From assembly GCA_963734495.1 (NCBI GenBank), contig CAVTHK010000016.1:160001-224000 (forward strand): 64,000 nt of DNA. Reading direction: 5' to 3'. The notes beneath the pieces were generated by a model, which saw nothing but the letters and a program-made list of their open reading frames with translations, was not told where the DNA came from and searched no databases. Below, piece after piece: positions 20,301-30,772 of the stretch. Within the stretch, counting starts at the first letter, position 1, and every line of letters starts with the position of its first letter. The stretch comes from an uncultured Spirochaetota bacterium (lineage in GTDB: Bacteria; Spirochaetota; Spirochaetia; SZUA-6; CAVTHK01). Position numbers and translations under genes: made by a program.

Positions 20301-20890
20301 GGCTGCGCGTCGAACCACGCCGGCGTGGCCTGTGCCACGAAATCCAGCCACGCGTTCCGCTCGGCCGCCGACCGCTCGCGCAAGCCGTACAGCATGTGGA
20401 CGCGGCTCGCGGCGAGGTCGCAGTAGCCGAACACCGACTCGCGCCAGAAGATCTCCAGCGGGGCGCGGCCTTCAGTTTCTCCCTCTCTCGCTTCGGTCGT
20501 CGCGAAGACCAGGGCCCGCTTCGCGGCGAGGAGCCCGCGCTTGCGCTTGACGCCGGGCTCCTCGCCCTCGAACTCGTAGGCCAGGCCAGGGCGGAAGACC
20601 CGGTCGATCCAGCCCTTGAGCACGGCGGGAGGAGCGCCCCACCACTCGGGGTGCACGAACAGCAGCCCGCCGCACGACTCCAGCTCGTTGCCGTGGGCCT
20701 GCACCTGTGCGTCGAAGCTGTAGCCCCTGCGCAGCTCGCTGGCGCTGAGCACGGGGTCGAAGCGCTCCGCGTACAGGTCGTGGAAGCGCACGGCGTGGCC
20801 TGCCGCACGCAGGGCGTCGCAGGCGCGCCGCGCGACGGCGGCGTTGAAGCTGTCCCGCTCGGGATGGCAAAGCACGACAAGAGCTTCCAC
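20297..20890 (-). CDS. NAD(P)H-dependent oxidoreductase, flavodoxin-like fold (Flavodoxin_2)
   Basis: LCHPERDSFN, DLYAERFDPVL, HPEWWGAPPAVLKGWIDRVF motifs. Confidence 0.9.
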   Translation of the reverse strand: MEALVVLCHPERDSFNAAVARRACDALRAAGHAVRFHDLYAERFDPVLSASELRRGYSFDAQVQAHGNELESCGGLLFVHPEWWGAPPAVLKGWIDRVFRPGLAYEFEGEEPGVKRKRGLLAAKRALVFATTEAREGETEGRAPLEIFWRESVFGYCDLAASRVHMLYGLRERSAAERNAWLDFVAQATPAWFDAQP

Positions 20891-20954
20891 GGCAAGCCAA
20901 TATAGCATCGTGCGGCGGGGCCGCGCCAAAGTCGTCCACGGGCTGCCGCACCGT

Positions 20955-21013
20955 TTGACGCAGGCGCCTTCACATGTTATTTTGTTCTAACTCGGACCAA
21001 AATGGTCCGAGTT
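20955..21013 (+). promoter_or_regulatory. SUF operon promoter and Rrf2/IscR-like operator
   Basis: TTGACG(20955)-17 bp-TATTTT with extended TG; perfect 11-3-11 inverted repeat AACTCGGACCA-AAA-TGGTCCGAGTT at 20989-21013. Confidence 0.8.
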
Positions 21014-21048
21014 GAGGCCTGCCGAGTCGGGCAGGCCGTGAGGGGCGG

Positions 21049-21480
21049 ATGTTCCGGATCAACAAGGACATCGAGTACGGGCTGCTCGCTCTTCGGGCGA
21101 TGGACCAGGATCGCAGGGTGTTTTCCGCGCGCGAGCTGGCCGACAGGCTGGCGGTCCCCCCGGGGATTCTTTCGAAAATCCTGCAGAAGCTTTCGCACGC
21201 CGGGATTCTGGTGTCGGTCCAGGGGCAGAAGGGCGGCTACAGGCTGGAGCGCTCAGGCGACGAGATCACCATAGGGAGCGTGATCGACGCGGTGCACGGG
21301 CACGAGCGAATCGTCGCCTGCATGGAGGAGCCCGGCACCTGCGACCAGCTCGACACGTGCACCATCCGGCACAGCTTCGAGAGCGTTCAGGGGATGTGGC
21401 TCGAGTTCCTGAACTCGCTCACCCTGAGGCGCTTCGCGGAGATCGAAGGCAGGCGGCAGCCCGCCGGAGCGGAGACGTGA
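21049..21480 (+). CDS. Rrf2-family transcriptional regulator (IscR-like, 3 Cys + His)
   Basis: wHTH LSKILQKL..AGILVSVQGQKGGYRL; C-x7-C-x5-C-x3-H cluster ligands; heads the SUF operon. Confidence 0.92.
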   Translation: MFRINKDIEYGLLALRAMDQDRRVFSARELADRLAVPPGILSKILQKLSHAGILVSVQGQKGGYRLERSGDEITIGSVIDAVHGHERIVACMEEPGTCDQLDTCTIRHSFESVQGMWLEFLNSLTLRRFAEIEGRRQPAGAET

Positions 21481-21512
21481 GCCATGGCGGACGCGGTGAG
21501 GCGGGGCGAGCG

Positions 21513-21630
21513 GGAAGGGCCCCTCGAGGACTCGGGGCTGGGGACCCGGCGAGCCCCTCGACGAGTCGGGGTCTACGAGACGCCGGAAGGGCCCCTCGAG
21601 GACTCGGGACTTGGGACTTGGCGAGTACGC
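21513..21630. repeat. intergenic direct repeats with hairpins
   Basis: GGAAGGGCCCCTCGAGGACTCGGG identical at 21513 and 21585; variant hairpin near 21553; terminal hairpin GACTTGGCG-AGTA-CGCCAGGTC. Confidence 0.7.
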
Positions 21631-21649
21631 CAGGTCATAGGAGGAGGCG

Positions 21650-21964
21650 ATGGCTGAAAGCGGGCTCAGCAGGGGCGCCGTGCTGGAAGCGCTGAAGAAC
21701 GTGCTCGACCCGGAGCTGGGCATGAACATCGTGGACCTCGGGCTCGTCTACCGCGTCGAGGTGGGGGACGACAAGGTGGAGGTCGACTTCACCCTGACCT
21801 ATCCCGGCTGCCCGGCGGGCGAGCACATACAAGAGGACATCAAGGCGACCGTGCAGGATTGCGCGGGGACCGAGAACGTGGCGATCAACCTGGTCTGGGA
21901 CCCCCCGTGGAGGCCGGACTTCATGACCGAAGAGGCCCGCGTGAGCCTCGGATACCCGATATAG
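21650..21964 (+). CDS. sufT: Fe-S cluster assembly factor SufT (DUF59)
   Basis: DPELGMNIVDLGLVY, TLTYPGCP, WDPPW motifs. Confidence 0.9.
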   Translation: MAESGLSRGAVLEALKNVLDPELGMNIVDLGLVYRVEVGDDKVEVDFTLTYPGCPAGEHIQEDIKATVQDCAGTENVAINLVWDPPWRPDFMTEEARVSLGYPI

Positions 21965-21975
21965 GAGCTGGAGCG

Positions 21976-22776
21976 ATGGCGAGCGTTCTGCAGATCAAGG
22001 ACTTGAAGGCGAGCATCGACGGCAAGCCGATCCTCCAGGGCATCGACCTGGAGATGCGCACCGGCGAGATCCATGCCCTGATGGGACCCAACGGGTCGGG
22101 CAAGAGCACGCTGGCGAACGTTCTGCTCGGCCACCCGTCCTACCAGGTCACCGGCGGCCAGGTGCTCTTCGACGGGGAGAACGTGCTCGAGATGGAGACG
22201 CACGACCGGTCCCGCAAGGGGCTGTTCCTCGCGTTCCAGTACCCGGTGGAGGTCCCCGGCGTGACGGTCGGCAAGTTCCTCAAACGCGTCCTCGAGATCG
22301 GGGGCCAGGAGAAGCGCGAGGCGAAGATGAACGTCTCGGCCTACATCAAGGAGCTGCGCTCGGCCATGGACTTCATGGAGATGGACCAGGCTTTCATCAA
22401 CCGCTACCTGAACCAGGGCTTTTCCGGCGGCGAGAAGAAGCGCATGGAGATCCTGCAGATGCTCATGATGAAGCCGCGCTTCTCGGTGCTCGACGAGACC
22501 GACTCCGGGCTCGACATCGATGCCCTCAAGGTCGTCGCCAGGGGCGTCAACAAGCTGCGCGGCCCGGACTTCGGAGCGCTGATCATCACCCACTACCAGC
22601 GGATTCTGACCCACATCAAACCTGAATACGTGCACATCATGTACAAGGGCCGCATCATCACTTCGGGAGGCGCCGATCTGGTCACCGTTCTAGAGGCGCG
22701 CGGCTACGACTGGGTGCGCGAGCAGTTCGGCATCAAGGAGGAGGAGCTCGATGAGCAGCCAGCAGCAGCTCGTTGA
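21976..22776 (+). CDS. sufC: Fe-S assembly ATPase SufC
   Basis: [41 protein letters not shown]. Confidence 0.97.
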   Translation: MASVLQIKDLKASIDGKPILQGIDLEMRTGEIHALMGPNGSGKSTLANVLLGHPSYQVTGGQVLFDGENVLEMETHDRSRKGLFLAFQYPVEVPGVTVGKFLKRVLEIGGQEKREAKMNVSAYIKELRSAMDFMEMDQAFINRYLNQGFSGGEKKRMEILQMLMMKPRFSVLDETDSGLDIDALKVVARGVNKLRGPDFGALIITHYQRILTHIKPEYVHIMYKGRIITSGGADLVTVLEARGYDWVREQFGIKEEELDEQPAAAR

Positions 22777-24154
22777 CATAGGGGACTACAAGGCGGGGTT
22801 CTCATACCCCGACAAGTCGGTCTTCAAGACCAAGAAAGGGCTCGACGAGAGCGTCGTTAACGCGATCTCCGAGCACAAGGGGGAGCCCGACTGGATGCGG
22901 CAGTTCCGCCTGCGCGCCCTCAAGCACTACCGCAAGAGGGCGATGCCCAACTGGGGCGCCGACCTCTCCAAGCTCGACTTCGAGGACATCTACTACTACG
23001 CCAAGCCGATCGAGAACCAGGAGCGCCGCTGGGAGGACCTGCCCAAGGAGATCCGCGAGACCTACCAGCGCCTCGGCATCCCGGAGGCGGAGCGCAAGTT
23101 CCTTTCGGGCGTCGGCGCCCAGTACGACTCCGAGATGGTCTACCACAACATCCAGGAGGAGCTCACAAAGAAAGGCGTGATCTTTTCCGACCCCGAGACC
23201 GCCGTGCGCGAGCACCCGGACCTGGTCAAGGAATACTTCGGGACGATCATCCCGTACATGGACAACAAGTTCGCGGCGCTCAACAGCGCGGTCTGGTCCG
23301 GCGGCAGCTTTGTCTACATCCCGAAGGGAGTCAGGGTCGACATCCCGCTGCAGGCCTACTTCCGCATCAACAGCCAGAACTTCGGACAGTTCGAGCGGAC
23401 GCTCATCATCGCCGACGAGGGCAGCTTCGTGCACTACATCGAAGGCTGCACGGCGCCGATCTTCACCACCGACTCGCTGCACAGCGCGGTAGTCGAGATC
23501 ATCGCGAAGAAGGGCGCCCGGGTGCGCTACTCGACGATCCAGAACTGGTCCGGCGACGTGTACAACCTGGTGACGAAGCGGGCGGTCGCCTACGAGGACG
23601 CGACCGTCGAGTGGGTCGACGGCAACATCGGGAGCAAGCGCACGATGAAGTACCCCTCCGTCTACATGATGGGCGAGGGGGCGCACGGCGAGATCCTCTC
23701 GATCGCCTTTGCGGGCAAGGGGCAGGAGCAGGACACCGGGGGCAAGGTCGTGCACGTGGCGAGCAACACCAGCTCGGTCATCACCTCCAAGTCCATCAGC
23801 AAGAGCGGCGGCATCGCGAGCTACCGGGGCCTGGTCAAGGTCAACCCGAACCTCAAGAACATCCGCTCCCGGGTCGTCTGCGACGCGCTCATCCTCGACG
23901 GGCAGTCCGGCACCAACACGTTCCCGTACATGGAGATCGACTCCGACGACGTGTCCATGGAGCACGAGGCGCGCGTGAGCCGCATCAGCGAGGACCAGCT
24001 GTTCTACCTGATGAGCCGCGGGATGGACGAGCACGAGGCCTCGGCGATGATCGTCAATGGGTTCCTCGACCCGCTGGTCAAGCAGCTTCCCATGGAATAC
24101 GCGGTCGAGCTGAACCGCCTGATCGAGCTCGAGATGGAAGGCTCGGTCGGGTGA
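22751..24154 (+). CDS. sufB: Fe-S assembly protein SufB
   Basis: [51 protein letters not shown]. Confidence 0.97.
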   Translation: MSSQQQLVDIGDYKAGFSYPDKSVFKTKKGLDESVVNAISEHKGEPDWMRQFRLRALKHYRKRAMPNWGADLSKLDFEDIYYYAKPIENQERRWEDLPKEIRETYQRLGIPEAERKFLSGVGAQYDSEMVYHNIQEELTKKGVIFSDPETAVREHPDLVKEYFGTIIPYMDNKFAALNSAVWSGGSFVYIPKGVRVDIPLQAYFRINSQNFGQFERTLIIADEGSFVHYIEGCTAPIFTTDSLHSAVVEIIAKKGARVRYSTIQNWSGDVYNLVTKRAVAYEDATVEWVDGNIGSKRTMKYPSVYMMGEGAHGEILSIAFAGKGQEQDTGGKVVHVASNTSSVITSKSISKSGGIASYRGLVKVNPNLKNIRSRVVCDALILDGQSGTNTFPYMEIDSDDVSMEHEARVSRISEDQLFYLMSRGMDEHEASAMIVNGFLDPLVKQLPMEYAVELNRLIELEMEGSVG

Positions 24155-24171
24155 GCCGCGAGGGAGCGAGA

Positions 24172-25443
24172 ATGGCAAAAACTAAAGGTGTGCAGCGGGC
24201 CGCTGCCGCGACGCAGGCCTCCGCGGCGGAGCCCGCCTGGCTGGCGGCGCTGCGAGGCAGCGCCGGGCAGCGCTTCGAGACGATGAGCTGGCCTACGCCG
24301 CAGGAAGAGGAGTGGCGACGCACGGACGTCACGACGCTGGATTTCTCGTCCTACCGGCTGGCTGTTCCGGCTGCGGCCGAGGTGGCGGCGGCCGCGGTTC
24401 CCGAGGGGCTCGCGGGCGTGCTTCGGTTCCGCGGCGGCTCGCTGGCGCAGGCCTCGATCCGGCCCGACCTGGCGGCGAAGGGGGTGCGCTTCGCGAGCCT
24501 GGTGGGGCCGCACAACGGCCTGGCGTCACGGGTGGAGTCGGTGCTGCGCGCGGGCCTGGAGCGCGCGGACAACCGCCTGATCGCGTGGCACTACCAGCGC
24601 ATCACCCACGGCGCTCTGCTCGAGGTGCCGCAGTTCCTCGAGATCGCCGAGCCTTTCCTCGTGGAGTTCGAGGAGGCCGGCGAAGGCGCCCTGACCATGC
24701 CCCACGTCACCGTGATCCTGGAAAGCGGAGCCCGGGCGGTCGTCGCGACCCGCATCGTGTCCGGCGCGGCGGACCGGCTGCTCTGCAACGCGGCGCTGGA
24801 GGTGGTGGTCGGCGACGCGGCGAAGCTCCAGTACTTCGAGGAGCAGGGGCTCAGCGCGAGCTCGACGTTCTTCAGCAACGGGGTCGCTTCGGTCGGCCGC
24901 GACGCGGAGCTGCTCCACTTCGCGGCCTCCCTGGGAGGAAAGCTCGCCAAGACGCGGCTCGACTGCACCATGGCCGGCCAGGGCGGGACGGTGAACCTGA
25001 ACGGGGTTTACTTCGCTGCGGGCAGGCAGCACATGGACCTGCGCACGGTGCAGCATCACAAGGCGGGCAGCTCGTACAGCCGCTCGTTCTACAAGGGCGC
25101 GGTCAGGGACGAGGGGCGGACGGTCTACCAGGGCTTGATCGAGGTCATGCCGACCGCGCCCAAGACCGACGCGTACCTGACCAACCGCAACCTGATCCTG
25201 AACGACGGGGCGCGGGCGGACTCGATCCCCGGCCTGCGCATCAACCAGGACGACGTGCGCTGCAGCCACGGGTCGACGACGGGCCGGATCGATCCGGCAC
25301 AGCTGTTCTACCTCGCCACACGCGGGCTCTCGCCGCGCGAGGCCGCGCAGGTGCTCGTCGTCGCCTACTTCCAGGAGCTCGTCGACCAGATGCCGGAGTT
25401 CATGCGGGAGCCGATCCTGCGCGAGCTCGAAGCGCGCGCGTAG
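24172..25443 (+). CDS. sufD: Fe-S assembly protein SufD
   Basis: EEWRRTD, PGLRINQDDVRCSHGSTTG, LFYLATRG. Confidence 0.93.
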   Translation: MAKTKGVQRAAAATQASAAEPAWLAALRGSAGQRFETMSWPTPQEEEWRRTDVTTLDFSSYRLAVPAAAEVAAAAVPEGLAGVLRFRGGSLAQASIRPDLAAKGVRFASLVGPHNGLASRVESVLRAGLERADNRLIAWHYQRITHGALLEVPQFLEIAEPFLVEFEEAGEGALTMPHVTVILESGARAVVATRIVSGAADRLLCNAALEVVVGDAAKLQYFEEQGLSASSTFFSNGVASVGRDAELLHFAASLGGKLAKTRLDCTMAGQGGTVNLNGVYFAAGRQHMDLRTVQHHKAGSSYSRSFYKGAVRDEGRTVYQGLIEVMPTAPKTDAYLTNRNLILNDGARADSIPGLRINQDDVRCSHGSTTGRIDPAQLFYLATRGLSPREAAQVLVVAYFQELVDQMPEFMREPILRELEARA

Positions 25444-25452
25444 GGGCGCGCC

Positions 25453-25803
25453 GTGGCGGCATGGAAACGAGTCGCGGATGAGTCCGCGCTCGCCGACGTC
25501 GAGGTCATCGGGGTGATCTGCGAGGGAAAGCGCGTCGCGTTGTTCAAGCTCGAGGACGCCGTCTACGCGATGGATGACGTATGCTCGCACGAGTACTCGC
25601 TGCTCTCGCAGGGCGAGGTCTGGCAGGGCGAAGTGTCTTGCGCCAAGCACGGGTCCCGGTTTAACATCCGCACCGGCGCGGTGCGCGGGCTTCCGGCCAC
25701 CCTGCCCGTGAAGACGTACCCCGTGCGAGTCGAAAACGGCGCAATTTACGTGGATCTGGATGGATCACATGGTGACGACAAAGCAGGCGCCGCGGGTCGG
25801 TGA
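25453..25803 (+). CDS. Rieske-type [2Fe-2S] ferredoxin
   Basis: CSH...CAKHGSRF Rieske ligands. Confidence 0.9.
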   Translation: MAAWKRVADESALADVEVIGVICEGKRVALFKLEDAVYAMDDVCSHEYSLLSQGEVWQGEVSCAKHGSRFNIRTGAVRGLPATLPVKTYPVRVENGAIYVDLDGSHGDDKAGAAGR

Positions 25804-27031
25804 GAGGCTCGTATCGGACATCCGCCGGGAGTTCCCGCTCCTGGCCCGCCGTTTCCACGGGAAGCCGCTGGTCTATCTCGACAACGCGGCGACCACGCAG
25901 AAGCCGGCGGCCGTCCTGGACGCGATGCGTGCCTACTACGAGCGCGGCAACGCCAACGTGCACCGCGCGCTCTACGCGCTGGCCGAGGAGGCCACCGCGG
26001 CGTACGAGGAGGCGAGGCGCAAAGTCCAGCGTTTCCTCGGAGCGCGCAGCCCCCGCGAGATCGTCTTTACCCGGGGAACCACCGAAGCGATCAACCTGGT
26101 GGCGCAGAGCTGGGGCCGGGCCCACCTCGGCCCCGGCGACGAGATCCTGCTCTCCGAGATGGAGCACCACAGCAACCTCGTCCCGTGGCAGCTCATCGCC
26201 GCCGAAAAAGGCGCCACGCTCCGCTTTATCCCGTTCGACGGCAGAGGCGTGCTGGAGCTCGATCGGCTCGAAGAGCTCTTTAGCGAGCGCACGCGCCTGG
26301 TGGCGCTCGTCCACATGTCCAACGTCCTCGGCACGATCAACGACGTGGAGCGGGTGATCCGGTTCGCCCACGAGCGGGACGTGCCCGTGCTGGTCGATGC
26401 GGCCCAGAGCGTCCCCAACATGCCGATCGACGTGCAGGCGCTCGACTGCGACTTCCTCGCCTTTTCGGGCCACAAGATGTGCGCGCCCATGGGCATCGGC
26501 GCCCTCTACGGCCGCGAGCGGCTGCTCGAGGAGATGCCGCCGTGGATGGGGGGCGGCGAGATGATCGCCGCGGTCTGGCTCGATCACGCGACCTGGAACG
26601 AGCTGCCCTACAAGTTCGAGGCCGGCACGCCCAACGTCGGCGGCGCTGTCGCGCTCGGGGCCGCCATCGACACCCTGAACGGCCTCGGCCTCGCCAACAT
26701 CCGCGCCTACGAAGAGGGGCTCGCGGAGCAGGCCCTCGAAGCCCTTCGCACGGTCCCGGACCTGCGCGTTTACGGGGAGTCGCCGGCGCGCGGCGCCGTG
26801 ATCTCGTTCACTCTCGGCGACATCCATGCGCACGACGTGGCGCAGTTCCTCGACCGCGATGGCGTGGCCATCCGCGCGGGCCACCATTGCGCGAACCCGA
26901 TCATGCGCAAGCTCGGGATCCCGGCCACCGGGCGGGCCAGCTTCTATCTCTACAACACGCCGGACGAGGCGCTCGCGCTTGCAGCGAGCCTGAGCAGGGC
27001 GCGGGAGTTCTTCCACCATGGCGTTCGATGA
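25769..27031 (+). CDS. sufS: cysteine desulfurase SufS
   Basis: YLDNAATTQKP, EHHSN, FSGHKM, FEAGTP, RAGHHCA. Confidence 0.96.
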   Translation: MVTTKQAPRVGERLVSDIRREFPLLARRFHGKPLVYLDNAATTQKPAAVLDAMRAYYERGNANVHRALYALAEEATAAYEEARRKVQRFLGARSPREIVFTRGTTEAINLVAQSWGRAHLGPGDEILLSEMEHHSNLVPWQLIAAEKGATLRFIPFDGRGVLELDRLEELFSERTRLVALVHMSNVLGTINDVERVIRFAHERDVPVLVDAAQSVPNMPIDVQALDCDFLAFSGHKMCAPMGIGALYGRERLLEEMPPWMGGGEMIAAVWLDHATWNELPYKFEAGTPNVGGAVALGAAIDTLNGLGLANIRAYEEGLAEQALEALRTVPDLRVYGESPARGAVISFTLGDIHAHDVAQFLDRDGVAIRAGHHCANPIMRKLGIPATGRASFYLYNTPDEALALAASLSRAREFFHHGVR

Positions 27032-27452
27032 TCTCTACCAGGAGATCATCCTGGATCACTACCGCAACCCCCGCAACGCAGCGAAGCTGGACCAGGTGCC
27101 GGACACGGCGGTGCACGAGAACCCGACGTGCGGGGACTCCCTCAAGCTCGTGGCGCGCGTGAACGCGGACGGGATCGTCGAGGAGATCCTCTTCGACGGC
27201 AAGGGGTGCGCGATCAGCATGGCTTCGGCCTCCATCATGACGGAAGAGCTCAAAGGAAGGCCGATCGCCGAGGCCCGCGAGCGTGTCCGGGAGTTCCTCG
27301 GTATCATGCGGGGCGAAGGCGACCCGGCGCTGCTCGACGAGCGGGGCGATCTCGCCTGCCTCAAAGGGGTCATCAGCTACCCGGTGCGCGTCAAGTGCGC
27401 CACGCTCGCCTGGCACGCCCTCGAAGGCGCGCTCGACAAGACGAAGACCTGA
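27018..27452 (+). CDS. sufU: SUF sulfur-transfer protein SufU
   Basis: LYQEIILDH, NPTCGD, GCAISMASAS, RVKCATLAW. Confidence 0.95.
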   Translation: MAFDDLYQEIILDHYRNPRNAAKLDQVPDTAVHENPTCGDSLKLVARVNADGIVEEILFDGKGCAISMASASIMTEELKGRPIAEARERVREFLGIMRGEGDPALLDERGDLACLKGVISYPVRVKCATLAWHALEGALDKTKT

Positions 27453-27616
27453 ACGCGCCTCGGCTCGGGCGGTCGCCTCGCCCGGCGCCTCGCCGGGTCT
27501 GAGCCCGGCCGGCGGCGTTTCCTGTTGCCCCTTGCTCGCACCCGTCAGTATGCTCACCGTAACGGCCGCGTCGCGGCGCGCCGGATGCGCCGGACGCGAC
27601 CGAGGAAAAAAGCCGG

Positions 27617-28753
27617 ATGGTTGTTGCGATCCCCCGGGAGCAGAACCCCGAAGAAACGCGCGTGGCGGCGACGCCTCAGTCGGTCGAGAGGCTCGTCAGG
27701 CTCGGCGCCAGCGTCGTCGTGGAGAAAGGGGCAGGCGCTCGTTCGCTCCAGCCCGACGGGGCCTACGAGAAGGCCGGCGCTGCGGTGAGCGACGACCGGC
27801 TGCAGATGCTCTCATCCGCGGACATAGTGCTGCGGGTGGAAAGCCCGCCGCCGCAGGAAACAGGCATCCTCGCCGACCGCTGCTTCCACGTGAGCCACCT
27901 CAACCCGTTCACCGAGAAGGCGCTCGTGCTTGCGTTGGCCGAGCGCGGAGCGCGCGCCGTCAGCATGGAGATGCTTCCGCGCTCGACGCGGGCGCAGAAG
28001 ATGGACGCCCTCAGCTCGCAGGCATCGCTCGCCGGGTACGTGGCCGCCGTGCTCGCGGCCGAGCGGCTGAGGCAGGTCCTGCCGATGATGGTGACGCCTG
28101 CGGGCACGCTTTCGCCCGCCAGGTTCTTCGTGATCGGGGCGGGGGTGGCCGGACTCCAGGCGATCGCCACCGCGAAGCGCCTGGGCGCGGTCGTGGATGC
28201 CTTTGACACCCGACCCGAAGTGGAAGAGCAGGTCCGGTCGCTGGGCGCGCGGTTCGTCAAGGCCGACCTCGGGGAGACCGGGCAGACCAAGGACGGCTAC
28301 GCGAAGGAGCTCACGACCGCGCAGCTCGCGGCGCAGCGGGAGGCGATGGCGCGCACGTGCGCGGGCGCGGACGCCGTCATCACGACCGCGCAGGTGTTCG
28401 GCCGCAGCGCGCCGCGCATCGTCACCGCGGAGATGGTGGCCGCTATGAAGTCGGGAAGCGTGATCGTCGACATGGCTGTCGAGAGCGGCGGCAACGTGGA
28501 GGGCTCCGTCGTCGGCGGCGAGACCGTGGCGGGTGGCGTCCGCATTCTCGGCTATCCGAGCCTGGCGCGCCGGGTGCCGGTGCACGCGAGCCAGATGTAC
28601 GCGGCGAACCTCGCGAGCCTTCTGGAGGAGTTCTGGGACAGGGGGACAAAGCAGCTCGCGCCCCGTCGCGACGACGAGATCCTGTCCGCCTGCCTGCTCA
28701 CCGAGGGCGGCATCGTCGTCAACGCCCGCATCAAGGAGGCCTACCGCACATGA
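27617..28753 (+). CDS. pntA: NAD(P) transhydrogenase subunit alpha, part 1 (domain I)
   Basis: ETRVAATP, RAQKMDALSSQ, IGAGVAGLQA, VDMAVESGGN. Confidence 0.95.
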   Translation: MVVAIPREQNPEETRVAATPQSVERLVRLGASVVVEKGAGARSLQPDGAYEKAGAAVSDDRLQMLSSADIVLRVESPPPQETGILADRCFHVSHLNPFTEKALVLALAERGARAVSMEMLPRSTRAQKMDALSSQASLAGYVAAVLAAERLRQVLPMMVTPAGTLSPARFFVIGAGVAGLQAIATAKRLGAVVDAFDTRPEVEEQVRSLGARFVKADLGETGQTKDGYAKELTTAQLAAQREAMARTCAGADAVITTAQVFGRSAPRIVTAEMVAAMKSGSVIVDMAVESGGNVEGSVVGGETVAGGVRILGYPSLARRVPVHASQMYAANLASLLEEFWDRGTKQLAPRRDDEILSACLLTEGGIVVNARIKEAYRT

Positions 28754-29043
28754 CCGATACGGCCGTTTACCTGACCTTCATTCTGGTGCTCTCGATCTTC
28801 CTGGGGTTCGAGGTGATCTCCAAGGTCCCCTCGACGCTGCATACGCCGCTGATGAGCGGCTCCAACGCGATCTCCGGCATCACGGTGATCGGGGCGATCA
28901 CAGCCGCGGGCAGCGGGTCGGAGCGCTGGATCGTGATCGTGCTCGGGGTGCTGGCCGTGGCCGCGGCGATGATCAACGTCGTGGGCGGCTACCTCGTCAC
29001 CGACCGTATGCTCGCGATGTTCCGCAGGAAGGACAAGAGGTAG
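28750..29043 (+). CDS. pntA: NAD(P) transhydrogenase subunit alpha, part 2 (membrane)
   Basis: VPSTLHTPLMSGSNAISG, INVVGGYLVTDRML; ATGA overlap with the upstream gene. Confidence 0.95.
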   Translation: MTDTAVYLTFILVLSIFLGFEVISKVPSTLHTPLMSGSNAISGITVIGAITAAGSGSERWIVIVLGVLAVAAAMINVVGGYLVTDRMLAMFRRKDKR

Positions 29044-29045
29044 GC

Positions 29046-30428
29046 GTGGCCCTGCTCATCAACCTCGCCTACGTCGTCGCCGCGGTCCTGTTCGTCTTCG
29101 GCCTGAAGATGATGAGCTCGCCGCGATCGGCGCGCGCAGGCAACCTGCTGTCCGCCGTCGGCATGCTCATCGCGGTGGTCGTGACGCTGCTCGACCGCAA
29201 CATCATCGACTTCAAGGAGATCGCCTTGGGGCTCGCGATCGGTACCGCGGTGGGCTGGATCTGGGCGCGCGCCGTGGCCATGACGCAGATGCCGGAGATG
29301 GTGGCGATCTTCAACGGGTTCGGCGGCCTCGCCAGCCTCATGGTCGGCTGGATCGTCTACGCGCTCAACCCGGCCCTGGGGCTGTACCAGGCCGTCACCG
29401 TCCTGCTCTCGGTGCTGATCGGGGGCGTCACGTTTTCCGGGAGCGTCCTCGCCTTCGCCAAGCTCAACGGCATGGTGCCGGGCAAGCCCATCGTCTACCG
29501 CGGACAGCACATCGTGAACGCGATCGTCCTTGGCGGGAGCGTCGCGCTGAGCGTCGCCTTCGCCCTCGACCCCGCGGCCGGGGAGGCGTGGTTTCTGGCG
29601 GTCGTGGTGCTCTCGCTGGTCTTCGGCGTGCTCTCCGTGATCCCGATCGGCGGCGCCGACATGCCGGTCGTGATCTCGCTCCTCAACAGCTACTCCGGCC
29701 TCGCCGGGTGCGCCGCGGGGTTCGTGCTCCTCAACAACCTGCTGATTGTCGCGGGAGCCCTGGTCGGCGCGAGCGGCATCATCCTGACCAACGTCATGTG
29801 CAAGGCGATGAACCGCTCGCTCGGCAACGTTCTGTTCAGCGGGTTCGGAGCCGTCCACCGGACCGCGGCCGCCGCGGGCACGGACGGCGGCGAGGTGCGG
29901 CCCATCAGCGCGAAGGACGCGTACCTCGTGCTCGAGGCGGCGCGGTCGGTGGTCTTCGTCCCCGGCTACGGCCTGGCCGTGGCGCAGGCGCAGCACGCGG
30001 TCCGCGAGCTCGCCCGCGCGCTCGAAGGCAACGGCGCGGAGGTCCGATACGCGATCCACCCCGTGGCCGGCCGGATGCCCGGCCATATGAACGTGCTCCT
30101 CGCCGAGGCGAACGTGCCCTACGACCAGCTGTTCGAGATGGACGCCATCAACCCGCTGATGCCTTCGGTCGACGTCGCGGTGGTCATCGGCGCCAACGAC
30201 GTCGTGAACCCCGCCGCGCGGGAGGAGCCTTCGAGCCCCCTGTACGGCATGCCCATCATCAACGTCGACCAGGCGCGCGCCGTCTTCGTGCTCAAGCGGT
30301 CGATGAGCCCTGGTTTCGCCGGCGTCGAGAACCCGCTGTTCTACAAGCCGAACACGCGAATGCTCTTCGGGGACGCCAAGGCGAGCGTGCAGACCCTCGT
30401 GGGGGAGTTCAAGGGCGAAGGCAACTGA
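29046..30428 (+). CDS. pntB: NAD(P) transhydrogenase subunit beta
   Basis: MTQMPEMVA, IGGADMPVVISLLNSYSG, VPGYGLAVAQAQH, HPVAGRMPGHMNVLLAEA. Confidence 0.96.
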   Translation: MALLINLAYVVAAVLFVFGLKMMSSPRSARAGNLLSAVGMLIAVVVTLLDRNIIDFKEIALGLAIGTAVGWIWARAVAMTQMPEMVAIFNGFGGLASLMVGWIVYALNPALGLYQAVTVLLSVLIGGVTFSGSVLAFAKLNGMVPGKPIVYRGQHIVNAIVLGGSVALSVAFALDPAAGEAWFLAVVVLSLVFGVLSVIPIGGADMPVVISLLNSYSGLAGCAAGFVLLNNLLIVAGALVGASGIILTNVMCKAMNRSLGNVLFSGFGAVHRTAAAAGTDGGEVRPISAKDAYLVLEAARSVVFVPGYGLAVAQAQHAVRELARALEGNGAEVRYAIHPVAGRMPGHMNVLLAEANVPYDQLFEMDAINPLMPSVDVAVVIGANDVVNPAAREEPSSPLYGMPIINVDQARAVFVLKRSMSPGFAGVENPLFYKPNTRMLFGDAKASVQTLVGEFKGEGN

Positions 30429-30580
30429 GCCGGCGGGGGAGCGGACACCCGGCGGCTCCGCCGCGGCAACGACTGATCTGCGCAGCGGAGACGATGGAGC
30501 CGGCGTCGGCGGCGGATACGGCTTCCGCTACGCGAACGGGCTCTTCGCGCCCCGACCGATTGAGCGAGTGACGTATCGCC

Positions 30581-30640
30581 GCCCACCGATGCCTTGATCG
30601 TCCCAAACACAGGTCCCACCGTGGCGGCGTGTCGCTGTCT
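30581..30640 (-). pseudogene. possible degenerate IS1182-family transposase fragment
   Basis: Minus-strand translation RQRHAATVGPVFGTIKASVG resembles the R..TVEPVFGxIK motif of IS1182/IS5-like transposases; no intact ORF. Confidence 0.4.
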
Positions 30641-30772
30641 CCGAGCGCCGGTATTCTCGGAGACGTTCAGGCAACCTGCGGAAATGCACGCCCCGGGGCC
30701 GTCACATGGGAAAATCCCGGGCCCGTTTCGAAGTGTTTGAAGCAGCATCGGCACACGCAGTCAGGCACAAAG

